A stretch of DNA of 64,000 nt from Peribolospora baueri (lineage: Eukaryota). The first letter of the stretch is position 1. Each line of letters starts with the position of its first letter. The DNA lies in the NCBI GenBank assembly GCA_029717555.1, contig JAMDHS010000030.1, positions 1 to 64,000 of the forward strand. Direction: 5' to 3'. Below are positions 1-12,744 of the stretch, one piece after another. A model generated the notes under the pieces. That model was not told where the DNA came from, did no database searches, and saw only the letters and a program-made list of their open reading frames with translations. The position numbers and the translations under genes were made by a program.

Positions 1-80
1 GGGAGGGGGGAGCCGAGTGAAGCTTAGAAAGCCAAAACTGGGGAGCGATGGCGGGGCAGAGGGCGAGGGCGAGGCTTTAC

Positions 81-2994
81 CTTCTTCTGCACCTTGCCCA
101 TCGGGTTGCGGGGAATCTCTCCGACTATGAGCAGGGTGGGCACCTTGTAGCTATCGAACCGAGGTAGACGGTATCAGACGGACATGAACCATCGCAAGGT
201 GGTCGACTGGGATGGCAAAAAAGAAGGGGAGGAGGAGGGCAGCACTCACGCTGCGAGGAGGAGCTTGAGCTCGTCCCTGAACGACTTCAACGTCGTCTTT
301 CCTCTCGCCTCATCGCCATCGCCTTCCTTGGGCGTGGCCACACAAGCGACCCTCTGACCCCACTCGGGATCGGCTACGCCGACGACGACGGCGTCCGCGA
401 AGGCGGGACCACGCAGGCTCAGGACGGCGCGCTCGACCTCGAGCGCCGATACCTTTTCGCCGCCCGTCTTGACAATGTCCACCGAGGAGCGGCCGAGGAT
501 GCGGAAAGGCGCCGAAGGGTGGGCGCTGGAGCGCACGCCGACGTCGCCGGTGCGGAACCACGGGCCGTCGAACTCCTTCGCCGTCTACGTGGTGAAGGAG
601 AAAAGAACCGAGACGAAACGGGGCGCCGCCTCCCTCATCAGTTTACCAAACGAAGCGCGACGCTACGGCGGGGGGGAACGGAGGAAATGGCTCACCACTT
701 CAGGCCTTCGCCAGTACTCTTTGAAGATATTAGGTCCCTTGACCTGGATCTCCCCCTCCGTCTCCAGCTCTTCCGTAACGTCCTTGCCTTGCTCGGCGTT
801 CCACAGCCTCACCGCGACCCCGGGCAGCGGCTGTCCCACGTGTCCGTCCAGGCGAAGGTTGGGCTCGTAGCCATTGGAGAGGATCATGCAAGTCTGTGAA
901 AAGGAGAAGGAGACGGAGACGGAGACGGAGAAACGCTTGAGGAGGCCGCGTCCGCAAGGCACGCGTGTAAGCGAGGAGGATGGGATGAGCTCAACCCACC
1001 TCGGTCATGCCGTATCGCTCGAGCAAGACCTGGCCGCCAGACACCTCCTTCCAAGCGGCTTTCTGCGGGCTCGGCAAGGGAGCAGAGCCGGAGACCATGA
1101 GCCGAAACTGTGCGCAGGCGGCCGTGGCCTTGGCTTTTTCGTCGTCGGATAGCCCGGCGTGGTAGGCCATGAGTCTGGCTGGAAACGCGGAGTCGATTGG
1201 GGAGGATTCAGTTTTCTGTCACGCACGCTCACGACGCTCACTTGACCACGGTTCGGCTCACAGTAAACGGTAGGCACAGCCATATAAAGCGTAAGATCTC
1301 GTCTAGGTTCCATGAACCGTTTCCACACGGCCGCCGCATCGAAGCGAGGCATCATCTCCACCGTCGCGCCGGCCCATAGGATGCAGTGGAGGGCGTTGAC
1401 GGTACCGTGAATGTGGTTGAGCGGAAGAACGTGGAGAATGCGGTCCTGAAAATGGCCATAGTATGTCGCATTGGGAGGGGGAAGAGTATGAAGAGCATGA
1501 GGCGACGGTAATGAAGAGCATGAGGCGATGGCCCACGGTCGTTGGTACCAGGTGCAGAGGGCTCACCTCCGGAGTGTATCGCCAGAATTTGATTAGCGAC
1601 TCCATCTGGGCGCGGAGAGCTCGATGAGCTGCGAAAAAATGGAAAAGAGAATTCGATCAACGCCGTTTGGCGTCCATGGCCGATGGCCGAATTGCAGTGG
1701 GTCAGAGGCCGTGGAAAGCTCACCGGTCACGACGCCCTTGGGCGAGCCGCTATTGATGACCAACGGAGACCGAGGTGAGCAGGAGGGAAAGGAGACAAAA
1801 GAGGAGAATAAGCGACGTCTGTTCATCTCTGAAAGCTAAAACCGCATCGAGAGACGGACTGACGTCGATCCACTAGTATAAAGCATGAGCGCCCTTCTCT
1901 CCTCGTCGAGTGGCCCGACGTCCGGCCTCGATGTGCCGTTGACGGCGGACCGCGTATCGCCATCGCCATGCGACAAGGCGGACGAGGGAGACGGGGGAGA
2001 AGGCAGGAGGGGCGAGTCTCCGACCACGAGGACTGCCGGGATGCTGTACCATGACGGCCGGGGACAAAGGCAGAACGAGGTGACATGACGAGACAAAGGC
2101 AGAACGAGGTGACATGACGCCGTCGGTCAGACGAGCCAAAACTTGTCGAGGGCAGCATTCATAGTCGAGCTGTGCTTTCTGTCAGGGGCGCACGGCACGT
2201 AGTAGGTGGTGAAGAACGGGGACGACTCACGAGCCTTGCTCGAGCAGTCCTTGCACCTTGCTCCCCTCCTTGCCCCGATCGTCCAACATCTCGTGCACCA
2301 CCAGGGCGCCGGCGGCCGAGTCGCGGACGGTGTAGAGCATTTCCGGAAGGGGGTGGGAAGGCAGGAGGGGAACGCTAATGCCGCCTGCGGCCCAGATGGC
2401 CAGTTGGACGACGGGCGTGGTGTAAGTCTGGGGCGCCAGATGGGCTACGCGGAGCTCTCGGAGGTCGCTGGAGACGGAAGCCAGTAGCATACGAAGGCGA
2501 TGTTCCGTCGATGAGAGACCTGAAAACGCCGATAGAACTACGTCTGTATCACGTAAAACTCTCTCCCAATACCCACTCTGAGCCATTCCCAAAAGTGCTG
2601 AGGAGCGCCCGCTTGACCGCCTTGACGTCCTGTGTGGACGGAGGAAGAAGGATCGACGATCTTGGTACCCACTCGCCTTGCTGTTCGCCTCGCTCTCGCT
2701 TATACAAGCAGGATGGATGGATCACGACGGCCCACCTGGATTAACTGAGCATACGATGTGCTGACGCCAGTACCAAGGTCTATGAAGGCGGGCTTCTTCG
2801 TCTTCGCATCGGAGTCGGAGGTCGCGTGACTGACGAGGCGATCGAAATAGGGCAGCTGTGCGGCCGGGAGGTCTGCGGCGAGCGAAGGCAACGGTCAGGC
2901 ACAACTGTCGGGTGCTTGTGTATGAAGTGGAGGCGGACCATGGGCCTCGGCGTCACGCCTCGAGCTCACCGGGGAGAGAGTTGGCTTGATCCAT
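81..2994 (-). CDS. Acyl-CoA synthetase (ACSF3/malonyl-CoA synthetase-like, AMP-binding); multi-exon, 3' end runs off the window start
   Basis: Spliced translation gives [52 protein letters not shown] and [12 protein letters not shown]. Introns checked are GT-AG. ATG at 2994 (MDQANSLP). Confidence 0.9.
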
Positions 2995-5900
2995 GGTTGG
3001 AGCAGCTAACCAATCTTCGTTCGTTGCTCGTTCGTTCGTTCGTCTCTTCGAGAGCGGCCCTGGTCCCGTCTCTTGCTGTGCGTGCTTTTTCTCTTGCGCA
3101 CTCAAAGGGGGTGTATGGATACGTTTGTGGGAAAGGAAAACGCAGGGTGGGGCGGTTGATGGGGGCGAGTGGTGAGCGCCGAGAAGATCGTCCGCCGGCG
3201 TCTGGGGCGTGCGGAAGGAGATAGCGGTTCCGATCAAAGCCGACGGCTGCAACACACCCCACACACAGCCCAGCCCGTCTCGTCCTATTTATGTTACTCC
3301 GGCCATCGGTCTGGTGTGTCTCGTCCAGATAGGTAGATACAGGGAGAGCGGGCGAAAAGACGGGTGAAGCGAAGGGAAGGAGGGAGGCGAGGATTGTCTG
3401 AGGGAGAAGCGTGCAGGACTGGCAAGACTTGAAACGGAGAGTGCGAAGCTGGAGTGGAAAGGAAAGAAGAGATGGGCGAGTTCAAACGGAAAATGGAGAG
3501 CTGGATGGAGAGGCGAAGAAGAGATGAGCGAGACTGACGACAGTATATTATATTATATATACAGCCACACGATGATGTCCTTGCTCAAGCGCAGCTTCCT
3601 CCCCTCACTCCGCTAATATAGCATAGCATAGCATGTGCGCGAGCCTCGTGCGAGGTGTGCCGAGGTGTGCCAACAACGCGCCCAAAGTGTGCCGTGTGGG
3701 GCCCCCGTCGTGCTCCTCTCGCCGCCACGCGGCGCAGAGATACAAATATAAAAGAACAGCTCAGCCCGCATTCCAGTCCATTCGCCCCCTTCCTCTCCCA
3801 CCACCCATCGTCCTGTCTACAGAACGACATCCACCCTCTCCGTCTTCCGCTCCATTCGTGTTACGCACCTCGAACGAGAGCAGGTCGTCCGACGCCGCTC
3901 ATCCCCCGCCGTCCTCCTCTGGGGTGACGTTCGACCAAGGTCAGTCAAACAGTGCCGGTGGACGGGTTCCTCTTTCATGATGAGATTAGGGCGTGTGCTC
4001 ATCGACCGACTTCACCAATAGAACCGCCTATTGCGCGGCCAAACGAAGACGAAAACGGCGCGAATGAGGAGCGATCATGACCAAAGGAAAAGGCGCCGGT
4101 GAGATGGGTGGTCCTCCCTGATGCGCCACCCCCTTTCCAGCCGACGCGAAGGATGCGAACAGACAAAGATACACGCATGGCTTGTCCGAGAACTCTTTCC
4201 GTGAGGACGTGCTTGTTCCACTTGAGCTGACGCGTCGGACTGCGATGGATGATGGGGTTGGGTGGCACATGTCTGGCTTGGCCTGAACTGGACTGGCGCG
4301 GCAGCGCGCGTGGCTCCGTCAGGAGATCAGGTGGATGTGCTGATTAACGCCATCTTTGCGGCCCGCGTGTTTTCGTCTCGCCTTCGCCATCCATGTTCGC
4401 AGGCCTGACGCCGACGTGTCGGAATGGACCAAGTCATGACATGACATCCTCCAATAACAGACCCGTCGGTCGGCGAAAGCGCGGTGAGCGTCTCTCGCGT
4501 CTCTCCTCCTACCATAGCCTCCTCATCACCCCGCCCCACGCCAATACTGGATGCCACCCAAAATTCTACCAAGGCCTATTTGATCGCCCTATTGGAGCGA
4601 GACGATGCCACGAATTTGATTGTTTCAATCTGATATGTTGCGCGGGGTTGCTTGGGGTGCTGATGCTGAGGCGACTGCGTATGAGCGGAGCAGGTCGCAA
4701 TCGAGCTGACGACCAACTTTTTTTGCCCCCTTCCTTCTCGCTCTCGTCCCTTGGTGGTTGCCGTCAATCGCCGAGGAAGCCGGTCGTTTTACGACACGGC
4801 CACTCCCTCGCGTTCTCACCCGGAATCGACCCGTCCACGCGCACCAATCCTAATCGGAAGCTCCGCGGCACGCAACAAGGATCCGAAGGCGGTGGTGTGC
4901 TTTACTGCTAATTGCTGTTGTTGAGGAGCGTAGATACGGAACGGTCGCAAAGACGTCGCGAATTCCAGGCCGGTCCGCTGGATGCCGAAGCTTGCGTCTG
5001 GGGTAATCAGTCCCTTGACTAAGGCCTCCTCAGTCCCCCTCAATCTCTCCAGTAACCATGCCCTACCTACACCTTCAGTGGAAGGCCAGAGTCCAACCTT
5101 GGTGACCTCGCCAAGGCGACCACGCACCCTTCCGACGTGCTCGCGAGACGGTGGAGAGAGCCAGCGCGAGCTTCGGCTCGACGGGGTGACGTTCTACCTG
5201 CTTAGTCAGCATATATGCATACGACGAATTGCACGAGAGGTGGACGAGACGCATGGAAAGAAGTCGTTCGGAGAAGGTCTTGAAATGGTGAGGTGTATGA
5301 TTATGACCACAACGTAAAGCTCTCAGGAGTTGGTTTTTGCCCACGGCCCTTCGATGAGCTCGCGAGGGCGACGGCGTGCCTCTCAGTCCCCCACTCTCGC
5401 CAATCCAGACCTCATCCACTTTCATGCTACGCGCTGCTCCTCCAAGGCCTTCTCCTTCATCCGCTTTCTACGCCTCTTCCTTTTTCCTCTCCAATCTTAC
5501 TTTGGTCGCGAGCCGTCTTTGGATTCGTGCGTAGATTAACGAGCGACAGGAATTTTAGCACGAGTGGGTCTCCGCTCGTCCTCAGAGAGAGAGAAGGGAC
5601 GCGGACGACGGTGCCGGTGCCGGTGCTCTTGAGTCGAAAAAAGTGTCCTGGAAACCGAGTCGAAGGTGTCCTGGAAATGGATGTCGGTTATGTTGGAGAG
5701 GGGTATGGCGGTGCGACTCGCGATACTTAGAGGAGAGGAGGAAAGTCGCTAGGCCAGCGGGTAAGAGCTACGGGTGGCCCGTGCGAGCCGCCCACTCCGT
5801 CGGCGCTCGGAAAGCACGGGTCCAGTCTGGGCGTGAGCTACGTGAGCTCCACTTTTTCTCCTCTCCATCCTCTCTCACCACAACTACCACCACTGCCTTC

Positions 5901-6216
5901 CTTCTCTCCTTTTTTTATTCTTTGTTTCCTTTCTGTTTCGTGGAGGCGGCTGGTTCGTCAGGCCTTAGCTTACTTATTTGTTTTTTTTCTGTTCTTCGGC
6001 CAGCCCATTCCGCTCGCTTCAGCGTCCTTCTTCTTTTCTTTATCTTACCTTCTTTCTTCCCCACTGTCCTTTCTGATAGTTGTGAGTAAAGATGAGCGCT
6101 CCTCGCGGGAGGCCTTCCCCCAAGCGGCCTAGAAAAAGTGGCCTTACATCTCACGCACTAGAATTGTAAGGACTGACGACGGCCCCTCGTTGCCCTGTTA
6201 CCTTTCCAGTTGCACC

Positions 6217-8916
6217 ATGTCGTGGAGTTCTGGAAGCTCTTCGACCCGATTCGCCGGCGTCCCAAGGCCTCTCGCCAATGTGTCCTCCCCTTCGCCTTCG
6301 AAACTGGGCCACTCTCGGTCGCTGTCCAACCCAGAGAACGCCCCTCCTGCCGACGGCGACGCCGCGGGTTGCGCCAGTGTCTCAAACGTGGCCGAGACCA
6401 AGACTAAGCCGGCGCACTCTCGCTCCGCGCACTCTCGTTCTACCTCCGACGTCAGGTCCAACCGCCGTCATCTCGCACGCGGTCTCCGGCCGCTCACCCT
6501 CCCCAAAGAGCCCGTCATGCCGGCGCTTTCCGGCCGAGGAGCGCGCGTCGAGGGCGTTTCGCGCGGTAAAAGCGGCTCGACGGCCGCCCAACAGAAGCAG
6601 TTTGTCGCGCCCCTCCATGCACCGCTGCCGGAGTTTGATGAAGTAGACATTTTAGCGGACGATGAAGGACAGGAAAATGGGAAAGCGGCCCCCCCGCCCG
6701 CCTACCGTCCCCGCTACGTCGACCCGACCCCGTCGGCGCTCTTCCTCCGAGAGAAGAAGGACTCAGACGGCCGCTCTACGCCTACTTACCGCCGATCCAG
6801 ATCCAGCTGGGGATCCGCCCAATACGCTGGAGCTCCACACACTGCCGGCCTTAAGACGTTGACCCTGGCGTCGGCATTTGCGCCAAGTTTCTTCGCTACC
6901 TCCGTGGCTGGCAAAGGGACTAGAACCGGCCCCGCCAGCAAGGCTGTTGGTGCCTTCCTCGGTGATGAACGCTCCGAGGACGGCGACTCATTCGTCGACT
7001 CGATGTTTGAGCGAAGCAACAAGCCGCTTGCGTTCTGGTTCATTTTCTTTTCCCTCTGCTGCGCCGTCTTCCTCACTTCTCTCGGCTCCACCGCTGTGCC
7101 GACCGCTGTGCCGACCATCGCCCGCGCCCTCCACGGCGGCCAGGTCGAATGGATCGGCACGGCATATTTACTCACCTCGACCGCCTTTCTGCCGTGGATC
7201 GGCGGTTTGGCCAACGTCTTTGGCAGGAGGGCCGTCATGATTTTTGCGCTGGTCGGGTTCATCACGGGTTCGGCTCTCGCCGGTTCGGCGACATCGATGA
7301 ACATGCTTATCGCAGCCAGGGCGGTGCAAGGCATGGGCGCGGGTGGGATCTTGTGCACGAGCGAGATCATCGTTGCGGACCTCGTTCCCCTGCGCAAGAG
7401 GGGTACGTTCCTTGGTGCCATGGGTGCTGTCTGGGCCTTAGGGCTCGCATTGGGCCCGCTCTTCGGTGGTGTCTTGGCCGAGAAACTTAGCTGGAGGTGG
7501 CTCTTCTACATGAATCTGCCCGTTTGCATCATCGACATGGTGGTTGTCCTTATCTTCATGCGTCTTAAGACTCCGTCGTACGCCACGCACGATATGTGGA
7601 CCAAGATCGACATGATCGGCAACTTCATCGTCATCGCCTCTACGGCGGCCCTCGCGGTCGGCCTCGCCTTTGGCGGCATCTTGTACCCGTGGGGTTCTTG
7701 GCAAGTTCTCCTTCCCCTCATCTCAGCATTCGTGGGACTCTTTCTCTTCTTCATCTGGGAGAAGGTGAGCACGATCAATATTCTCCGTTCGCACAGCCTC
7801 GGGTCGAGGGCTGACGGGACGATCCCTTCGCTTCCCCTCGCGACCCCCATGCAGCGGTACGGCGAGAACGCTCTAGTCCCCTTTGACCTGCTCCGCACGC
7901 ACACCGCCCGCGCGGGTTACGTCGGCACGCTTCTTCACGGCGTCCTGGCCATCACCGTCATCTACTACATCCCCATCTACTTCCAAGCCGTCGTGGGCGC
8001 CAGCGCCGTCATGTCCGGCGTCTACACCCTCCCGCTCACGCTCGCCATCGCTCCAGCGTCCATCGTCGTCGGCTTCTGGATGGTCAAGTCCGGCGGCAGG
8101 TACAAGTTGCAGAACTTGCTCGGCTGGTGAGCGGATCGAACCCACCGGGCGACGTTGTTACATGTTGCTAAAGCGCATCGCCACTCATCCATGTCCCCCC
8201 CCCCCCCAATGCATTACCAAATTACCCGGCGCTTGCCCCACCTCTCTGCCTTGTCGGATAGGATCGTCGTATTGGTTGCAACAGCTCTGCTCAACCTGTA
8301 CACGACCCAACTGCCCGAGTTTGCCTGGCTGCTCCTCCAGGTCCCCTTCGGCTTGGGGATAGGTATGCTTTACTCGACTGTCAGCCTTCCCGTCGCCACC
8401 TCGACCCCGTCAGCTCGCTCGGCCAACGCGCTCGCGCTCTTCACCTTCTGCCGCAACATTGGCGTCACCCTCGGCGTTGCCCTCGGCAACGTCGTCCTGC
8501 AAAACTGCCTGCGCACCGAGTTGCCCGCCGAATATGTCCATCAGCTGCTCACCGGCGTCCCTCACGCCGATCCTGGAGCCCTGTCCCGCCTCGACCTCGC
8601 CTCCGTGGCCACCATCCACCTCCAGCCAGAACCCTTGCGGAGCGAGATCCGGGCAGCGTTCGCAGGTTCGCTCGTATGGGTCTGGCGCGCTCTCCTGCCC
8701 GTCTGCGCTTTGGGACTCCTCCTTGCGCTGACGCTCCGTCAGGTGCCTCTGCGCGATCAGAGAGACAACGGCGAATGGGGCTTGGACGCGTCGGCGTCCG
8801 ACAGCTCCAGCGTGGACGAAGAGAAGCGGAGGCTCGTCCTCCCCGCTTACTTTGGATCGCCTGACTTGGAGGTCGGCAATGCTCGCCAGGTCAAGTACGG
8901 CTCGGTGGGATTGTGA
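6217..8916 (+). CDS. MFS transporter, DHA2-like (14-TMS drug:H+ antiporter type), with a long low-complexity N-terminus
   Basis: WIGTAYLL, ANVFGRR, ARAVQGMGAGG, GPLFGG..SWRWLFYMNLP motifs. Two introns (GTGAGC donors at ~7765 and ~8127). Confidence 0.88.
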
Positions 8917-9461
8917 TGCCTTCCTTTTGAGAGTCTCTGATGCACTTAACAGGCCAGCATGAGGAGATAGTCTCGTTACATACATCTGCGTGAGCCTGTT
9001 CAAGCTCTGTCTTAGACCTTTCTCAATGGCTGCCTCAACAGAGTATCCTGCGGCTCTTTTCCTTCTCCTATCAATCTTTCTTTGCTTGTGTGCAATTTGA
9101 CGCGCGGTCAGGTACCGCCACCGGAACAATTGCGCTCGCTCGCTATCGCCCGCCCTCGCTCGATTAGGCTTTTGGCAACTCGCGCGTTCGACGCTGTGTA
9201 CAGGCTGGACAATCTTCCGATCATACGAATCAACATTGACGCCTGGCTTGAATAGAAGGTCGCCAAAGGTGAAAGTGAGAAGGAAAATAGACGGCGCAGC
9301 CGCACGTTCAAGCTGCGCTCACTGGAGAAGACAGACAGGCGCTCGTCGACGAAGAAGCAAATTTGAAGGCCCTGACGGACTGTACCAACAAGCGACAAGC
9401 GAATTGCCCTCGTTCGCGCCTCTTATATCATCGTTCCCGCTCGCCATCCTGACTTAAGAGC

Positions 9462-11270
9462 CTAAGGGTCAATGACAACCTGGGGGGCGTACTCGCCCTC
9501 CTCTTCCTCCTCCTCTTCTTCCTGACCGTACGTTCGTCCTGCGAAGGCGCTACCCACATCCCCACCGACGCTCTGTAAAGCCCATTTGAAGCGCTCGTTG
9601 GCTGCTTGCGCCAGCTCGTCCCAGCAACGGCAGAGGTCGCGCCGTAAGCTGCTCGGGTATTGTTGCTGCAACGAAGACGACGCGCGTGCCACATCCTTGC
9701 TCCCATCTTCAGCAGCATCGCCTTCGCCATCGTCCTTCTCAAAGTTCCTCGACAGTGCTTCCCAAAGATTCCGCCGGAGCGAGTCGAGCTCCTCGAGGTA
9801 AAACGCTTCGAGGCCGGGCATGTCCTCGATGAAAAACTCGGGTCGAAGGAACGCGAGCTGCGACCGGAGGACATTTATCAAGGAAACGTATAGCGATAGC
9901 CTTGAGCGATCGTCTGGCGCTTCCGGCGCGTGGAAGGGAAGCGCATTCGCCTCAGCATTGCGCCGGCAAGGTTCTGATGGCGGTAGAGACTCCAACGAGC
10001 CAATGCCCTGGGGTCGGAGGAACTCGCTTGACCGTGTCAAGAGGCAGAGGATACGTTTGTAGACTTCGAGAGAAGCGAAGTTATGAAGGAGGGTAAAGAG
10101 GAGGAAGGAGAGCTGAAGCTCTGCTAGGAGCTGCTCTGAACCTGTGTCCCGGGGACGGCAGCGATGATTTGTAAAGAAAGCGACGGATGTACGTAAGCAA
10201 TTCGCCCGCCCCGCTCCCATATTCAGAGTATAAAACGCAGAGCGCGACTCACCTCCGAGCCGTTTGAGCACGTCGGATAGCAACCAGCTTTTGTCTTGAC
10301 TGTATTTCGTCACCTCCTCTCCAATCGCACCATGTCTCCACGACCTTTTTAAATTGAAATACGTAAAATGCAAGCGCTCCTGTCTTGCAACATCAGCAGC
10401 TGCAGAAGGCAGTTTCGCACGCTTGTGATGGTGCTCCGTGGAGGCCCTTTTCTTCATAAGGTCCTCCTCCATGACCCTTTCCGCCGTCTCCATCTTCGCC
10501 TCCCGCGACCGCCACGTCGAAGATGCTGAAGAAGTGTCTCGCCCCAAACCGGCGCGGACCATCGTCGCCTCGTCGCCCTCGCCTTCATCCGCCATAAGCG
10601 CGTCTACGCGAGCATCCCCAGTTTCGGGCTCGAACCCGATCACCCTGCCCAGACACTGTTCGTCGATAAACGTAGTCAGGGAGAGCCACGCCGAATGCGC
10701 ATCAAAGGGGTAGGCCGCCAGCTGAGGATCGAGGGACTTGAGGTGGTCCTGGGATACCAGTGTCTCATCCGTGGAGAGCTCGGTCGGGAGATGGAGGAGG
10801 GTCCCCCGGCCGTTGGGAGCCGGAACGCGGGGTGTTGGGAGAGGCACGTCCTCCACGGATGGGTCATATACCCTCGTCACAACGTCTCCCGGCTTAAAGA
10901 GCTTCCACATGCCGCTCCGCACACCTGTCCTGCCGACGTCCACCTCTTGTTGTCGTTGATCCCCCGGCCTGGTGGGCTCGTCGTCCTCCATCTCCGCTTC
11001 TCCTTGGTCATCGCCAACGCCTGAGACCTTCAACGCGGGGCCGGCTGCCCAAGTGATCAAGTGCCATCCCGGTGGGACAAGCTTGATGCCCGCAAACCGG
11101 TTGACAGTCCAAGCGGTGCTGTCGATGGAAAACTGAGAATGGGGAGGCAAGGAGGAGAGGAGGAAGAAGGCGTTGGAGGTGAAGAGCTCCTTTGCGCGCA
11201 ATTGCGTGAGAGGAGACGTTGGTACTCCTCCTCTCCCTCCCACAGATGGCGAGGCCTCTTGCGTGGTCAT
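9462..11270 (-). CDS. AAR2: AAR2 U5 snRNP assembly/splicing factor
   Basis: FAGIKLVPPGWH, LDPQLAAYP, VTKYSQDKSW, LLAELQLSF and C-terminal EEEGEYAPQVV. One in-frame intron at ~10142-10252. Confidence 0.85.
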   Translation of the reverse strand: MTTQEASPSVGGRGGVPTSPLTQLRAKELFTSNAFFLLSSLPPHSQFSIDSTAWTVNRFAGIKLVPPGWHLITWAAGPALKVSGVGDDQGEAEMEDDEPTRPGDQRQQEVDVGRTGVRSGMWKLFKPGDVVTRVYDPSVEDVPLPTPRVPAPNGRGTLLHLPTELSTDETLVSQDHLKSLDPQLAAYPFDAHSAWLSLTTFIDEQCLGRVIGFEPETGDARVDALMADEGEGDEATMVRAGLGRDTSSASSTWRSREAKMETAERVMEEDLMKKRASTEHHHKRAKLPSAAADVARQERLHFTYFNLKRSWRHGAIGEEVTKYSQDKSWLLSDVLKRLGGESRSAFYTLNMGAGRANCLRTSVAFFTNHRCRPRDTGSEQLLAELQLSFLLFTLLHNFASLEVYKRILCLLTRSSEFLRPQGIGSLESLPPSEPCRRNAEANALPFHAPEAPDDRSRLSLYVSLINVLRSQLAFLRPEFFIEDMPGLEAFYLEELDSLRRNLWEALSRNFEKDDGEGDAAEDGSKDVARASSSLQQQYPSSLRRDLCRCWDELAQAANERFKWALQSVGGDVGSAFAGRTYGQEEEEEEEEGEYAPQVVIDP

Positions 11271-11549
11271 GGGCTGGAGGAGGAGAAGGGAGCTCGAGAC
11301 AGAAGGCACCGACGGACGATGGATCGAGGCTTAGAAGAGGACAGGCACACTTAAAACCGGCGACCACGCCCGATCACATTGCTCACGTGACGTCCGTGCG
11401 GTCTGTCCGATTTCTATCGTCCCTATTGCTCACCGTCCCACGTCCCTTCTTAAGATACAGCCCTTCTCTATTTCTCCACATGTGGGCACGTTCTGTAATG
11501 TCCAATACTATATAAGAGGAGTCGCTGGCCGAGCTCCGATGATGGAAAT

Positions 11550-12300
11550 GATACGTTCGATGGAAAGCGCGGGGAACAGCTACCTCGTGGACGACTGACT
11601 GGATCCGCAGTGTCCGCCACTACTTGGCTTTCCATGGTGGGATGAGCGAGGCCGAGAAGGTCCTTATCGCGACCTCATAACTGGATGGTGAGGCGGCCCA
11701 GACGGTCGACCGAAAGTTCGGTTATATAGACCAATACGACGTCGAAGACCAGCGCCGCAATGCGGTCACCCTGGACATGGTCCTTGACTATGTCAAACAC
11801 AAGTTTACGGACTTCCACGACCAGTGGCGTCGGCGAGTGTACAGGGCAATCGCTCTGTGAATGACTTCGCCAACGAGTTCCTCTGCCTAGCGCTACAAAC
11901 CGCAGATCCCCGATAGCGAACTCCGTCGCCATTTTGAGCACCGCCTCCATGACAGCGTGTGGCAGCGCACTCAACTCTCGCCTATGGTACCGGAAGACCT
12001 GCATGACTTCATGGACTTCGCAGACCAAGCGGAGCGCTCCCTTCACAGCTCTGACGAGAACGCCGACACGCCCCCTTGGAGGAGAGGAGCTCAACCACCC
12101 GCCCTCCGATGAGCCCAGAGTCGGCAGCTGGCAGGGAGATAGGTCCTACCGCCATAGGAGCGACGACTCAAGGGCCAAGGACCTCCCCCCTCGTGACCCG
12201 CAGCAGCTAAACACATGGATCGCGAAGTGTCGGCGAGAGGGCCTTTGTTACGGGTGTGGCAAGGGCGACCACTCGTACCGCGACTGCAAGAACCGGAGGG
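11550..12300 (+). mobile_element. Degenerate Ty3/gypsy-type retrotransposon gag (capsid + CCHC zinc knuckle)
   Basis: Frameshifted, stop-interrupted translation: FDGKRG..DWIRSVRHY..EAEKVLIATS*LDGEA..QGNRSVNDFANEF (major-homology-region-like) and CYGCGKGDHSYRDC. Confidence 0.85.
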
Positions 12301-12317
12301 ACGTCAAGGCCTCAATG

Positions 12318-12473
12318 CGGTTCTTGCAATCGCGGTACGAGTGGTCACTCTTCCCGCACCCGTAACAAAAACCCTCTCGCCGACACTTCGTGAGCCAAGC
12401 GTCCTGCTGCTGTGGGTCGCGATGGGGGTTGGTCATTGAGCTTGAGTCGCCGCTCTTATGGCGGTAGGACCTA
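12318..12473 (-). mobile_element. Second, diverged gag zinc-knuckle fragment in inverted orientation
   Basis: Encodes RDPQQQDAWLTKCRREGFCYGCGKSDHSYRDCKNR. About 83% identical (manual count 129/156) to the reverse complement of 12140-12295. Confidence 0.9.
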
Positions 12474-12479
12474 CCACCG

Positions 12480-12665
12480 GTCGAAGCGAGGGGTCGGCAG
12501 GTGATTCTTGCAAGAGCGCCATGCTAATGGCGAGGTCCGAGGCATTGGTCTCGATGGTGAACTGTCGCTCGACGTCGGGCAGAGCGAGGACGGACTGGTG
12601 TCAAGTGAGTGCGGCGTCGAGGTCTTGAAAGGCGCTCTCTCACTGGGCGGTCCAGTGGATCGGCC
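12480..12665 (-). mobile_element. Degenerate Ty3/gypsy pol fragment (RT connection / RNase H start)
   Basis: Minus-strand translation HWTAQ*ESAFQDLDAALT*HQSVLALPDVERQFTIETNASDLAISMALLQ matches the W..(Q)E.AF..LK.AL...PVL.LPD....F.IETDAS..AIG..L.Q pattern. Confidence 0.85.
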
Positions 12666-12744
12666 AGAATCCTTGCGCACGTCAGCGTCAAGATCTTCCT
12701 CGCGTACGCGTCTGGGATGTGGCAGCACGTGACCCTTAGTGCGA

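Noticed and set aside
4816..5425. Possible gene fragments in the long intergenic region
   Set aside because: No recognisable motifs or consistent exon structure.
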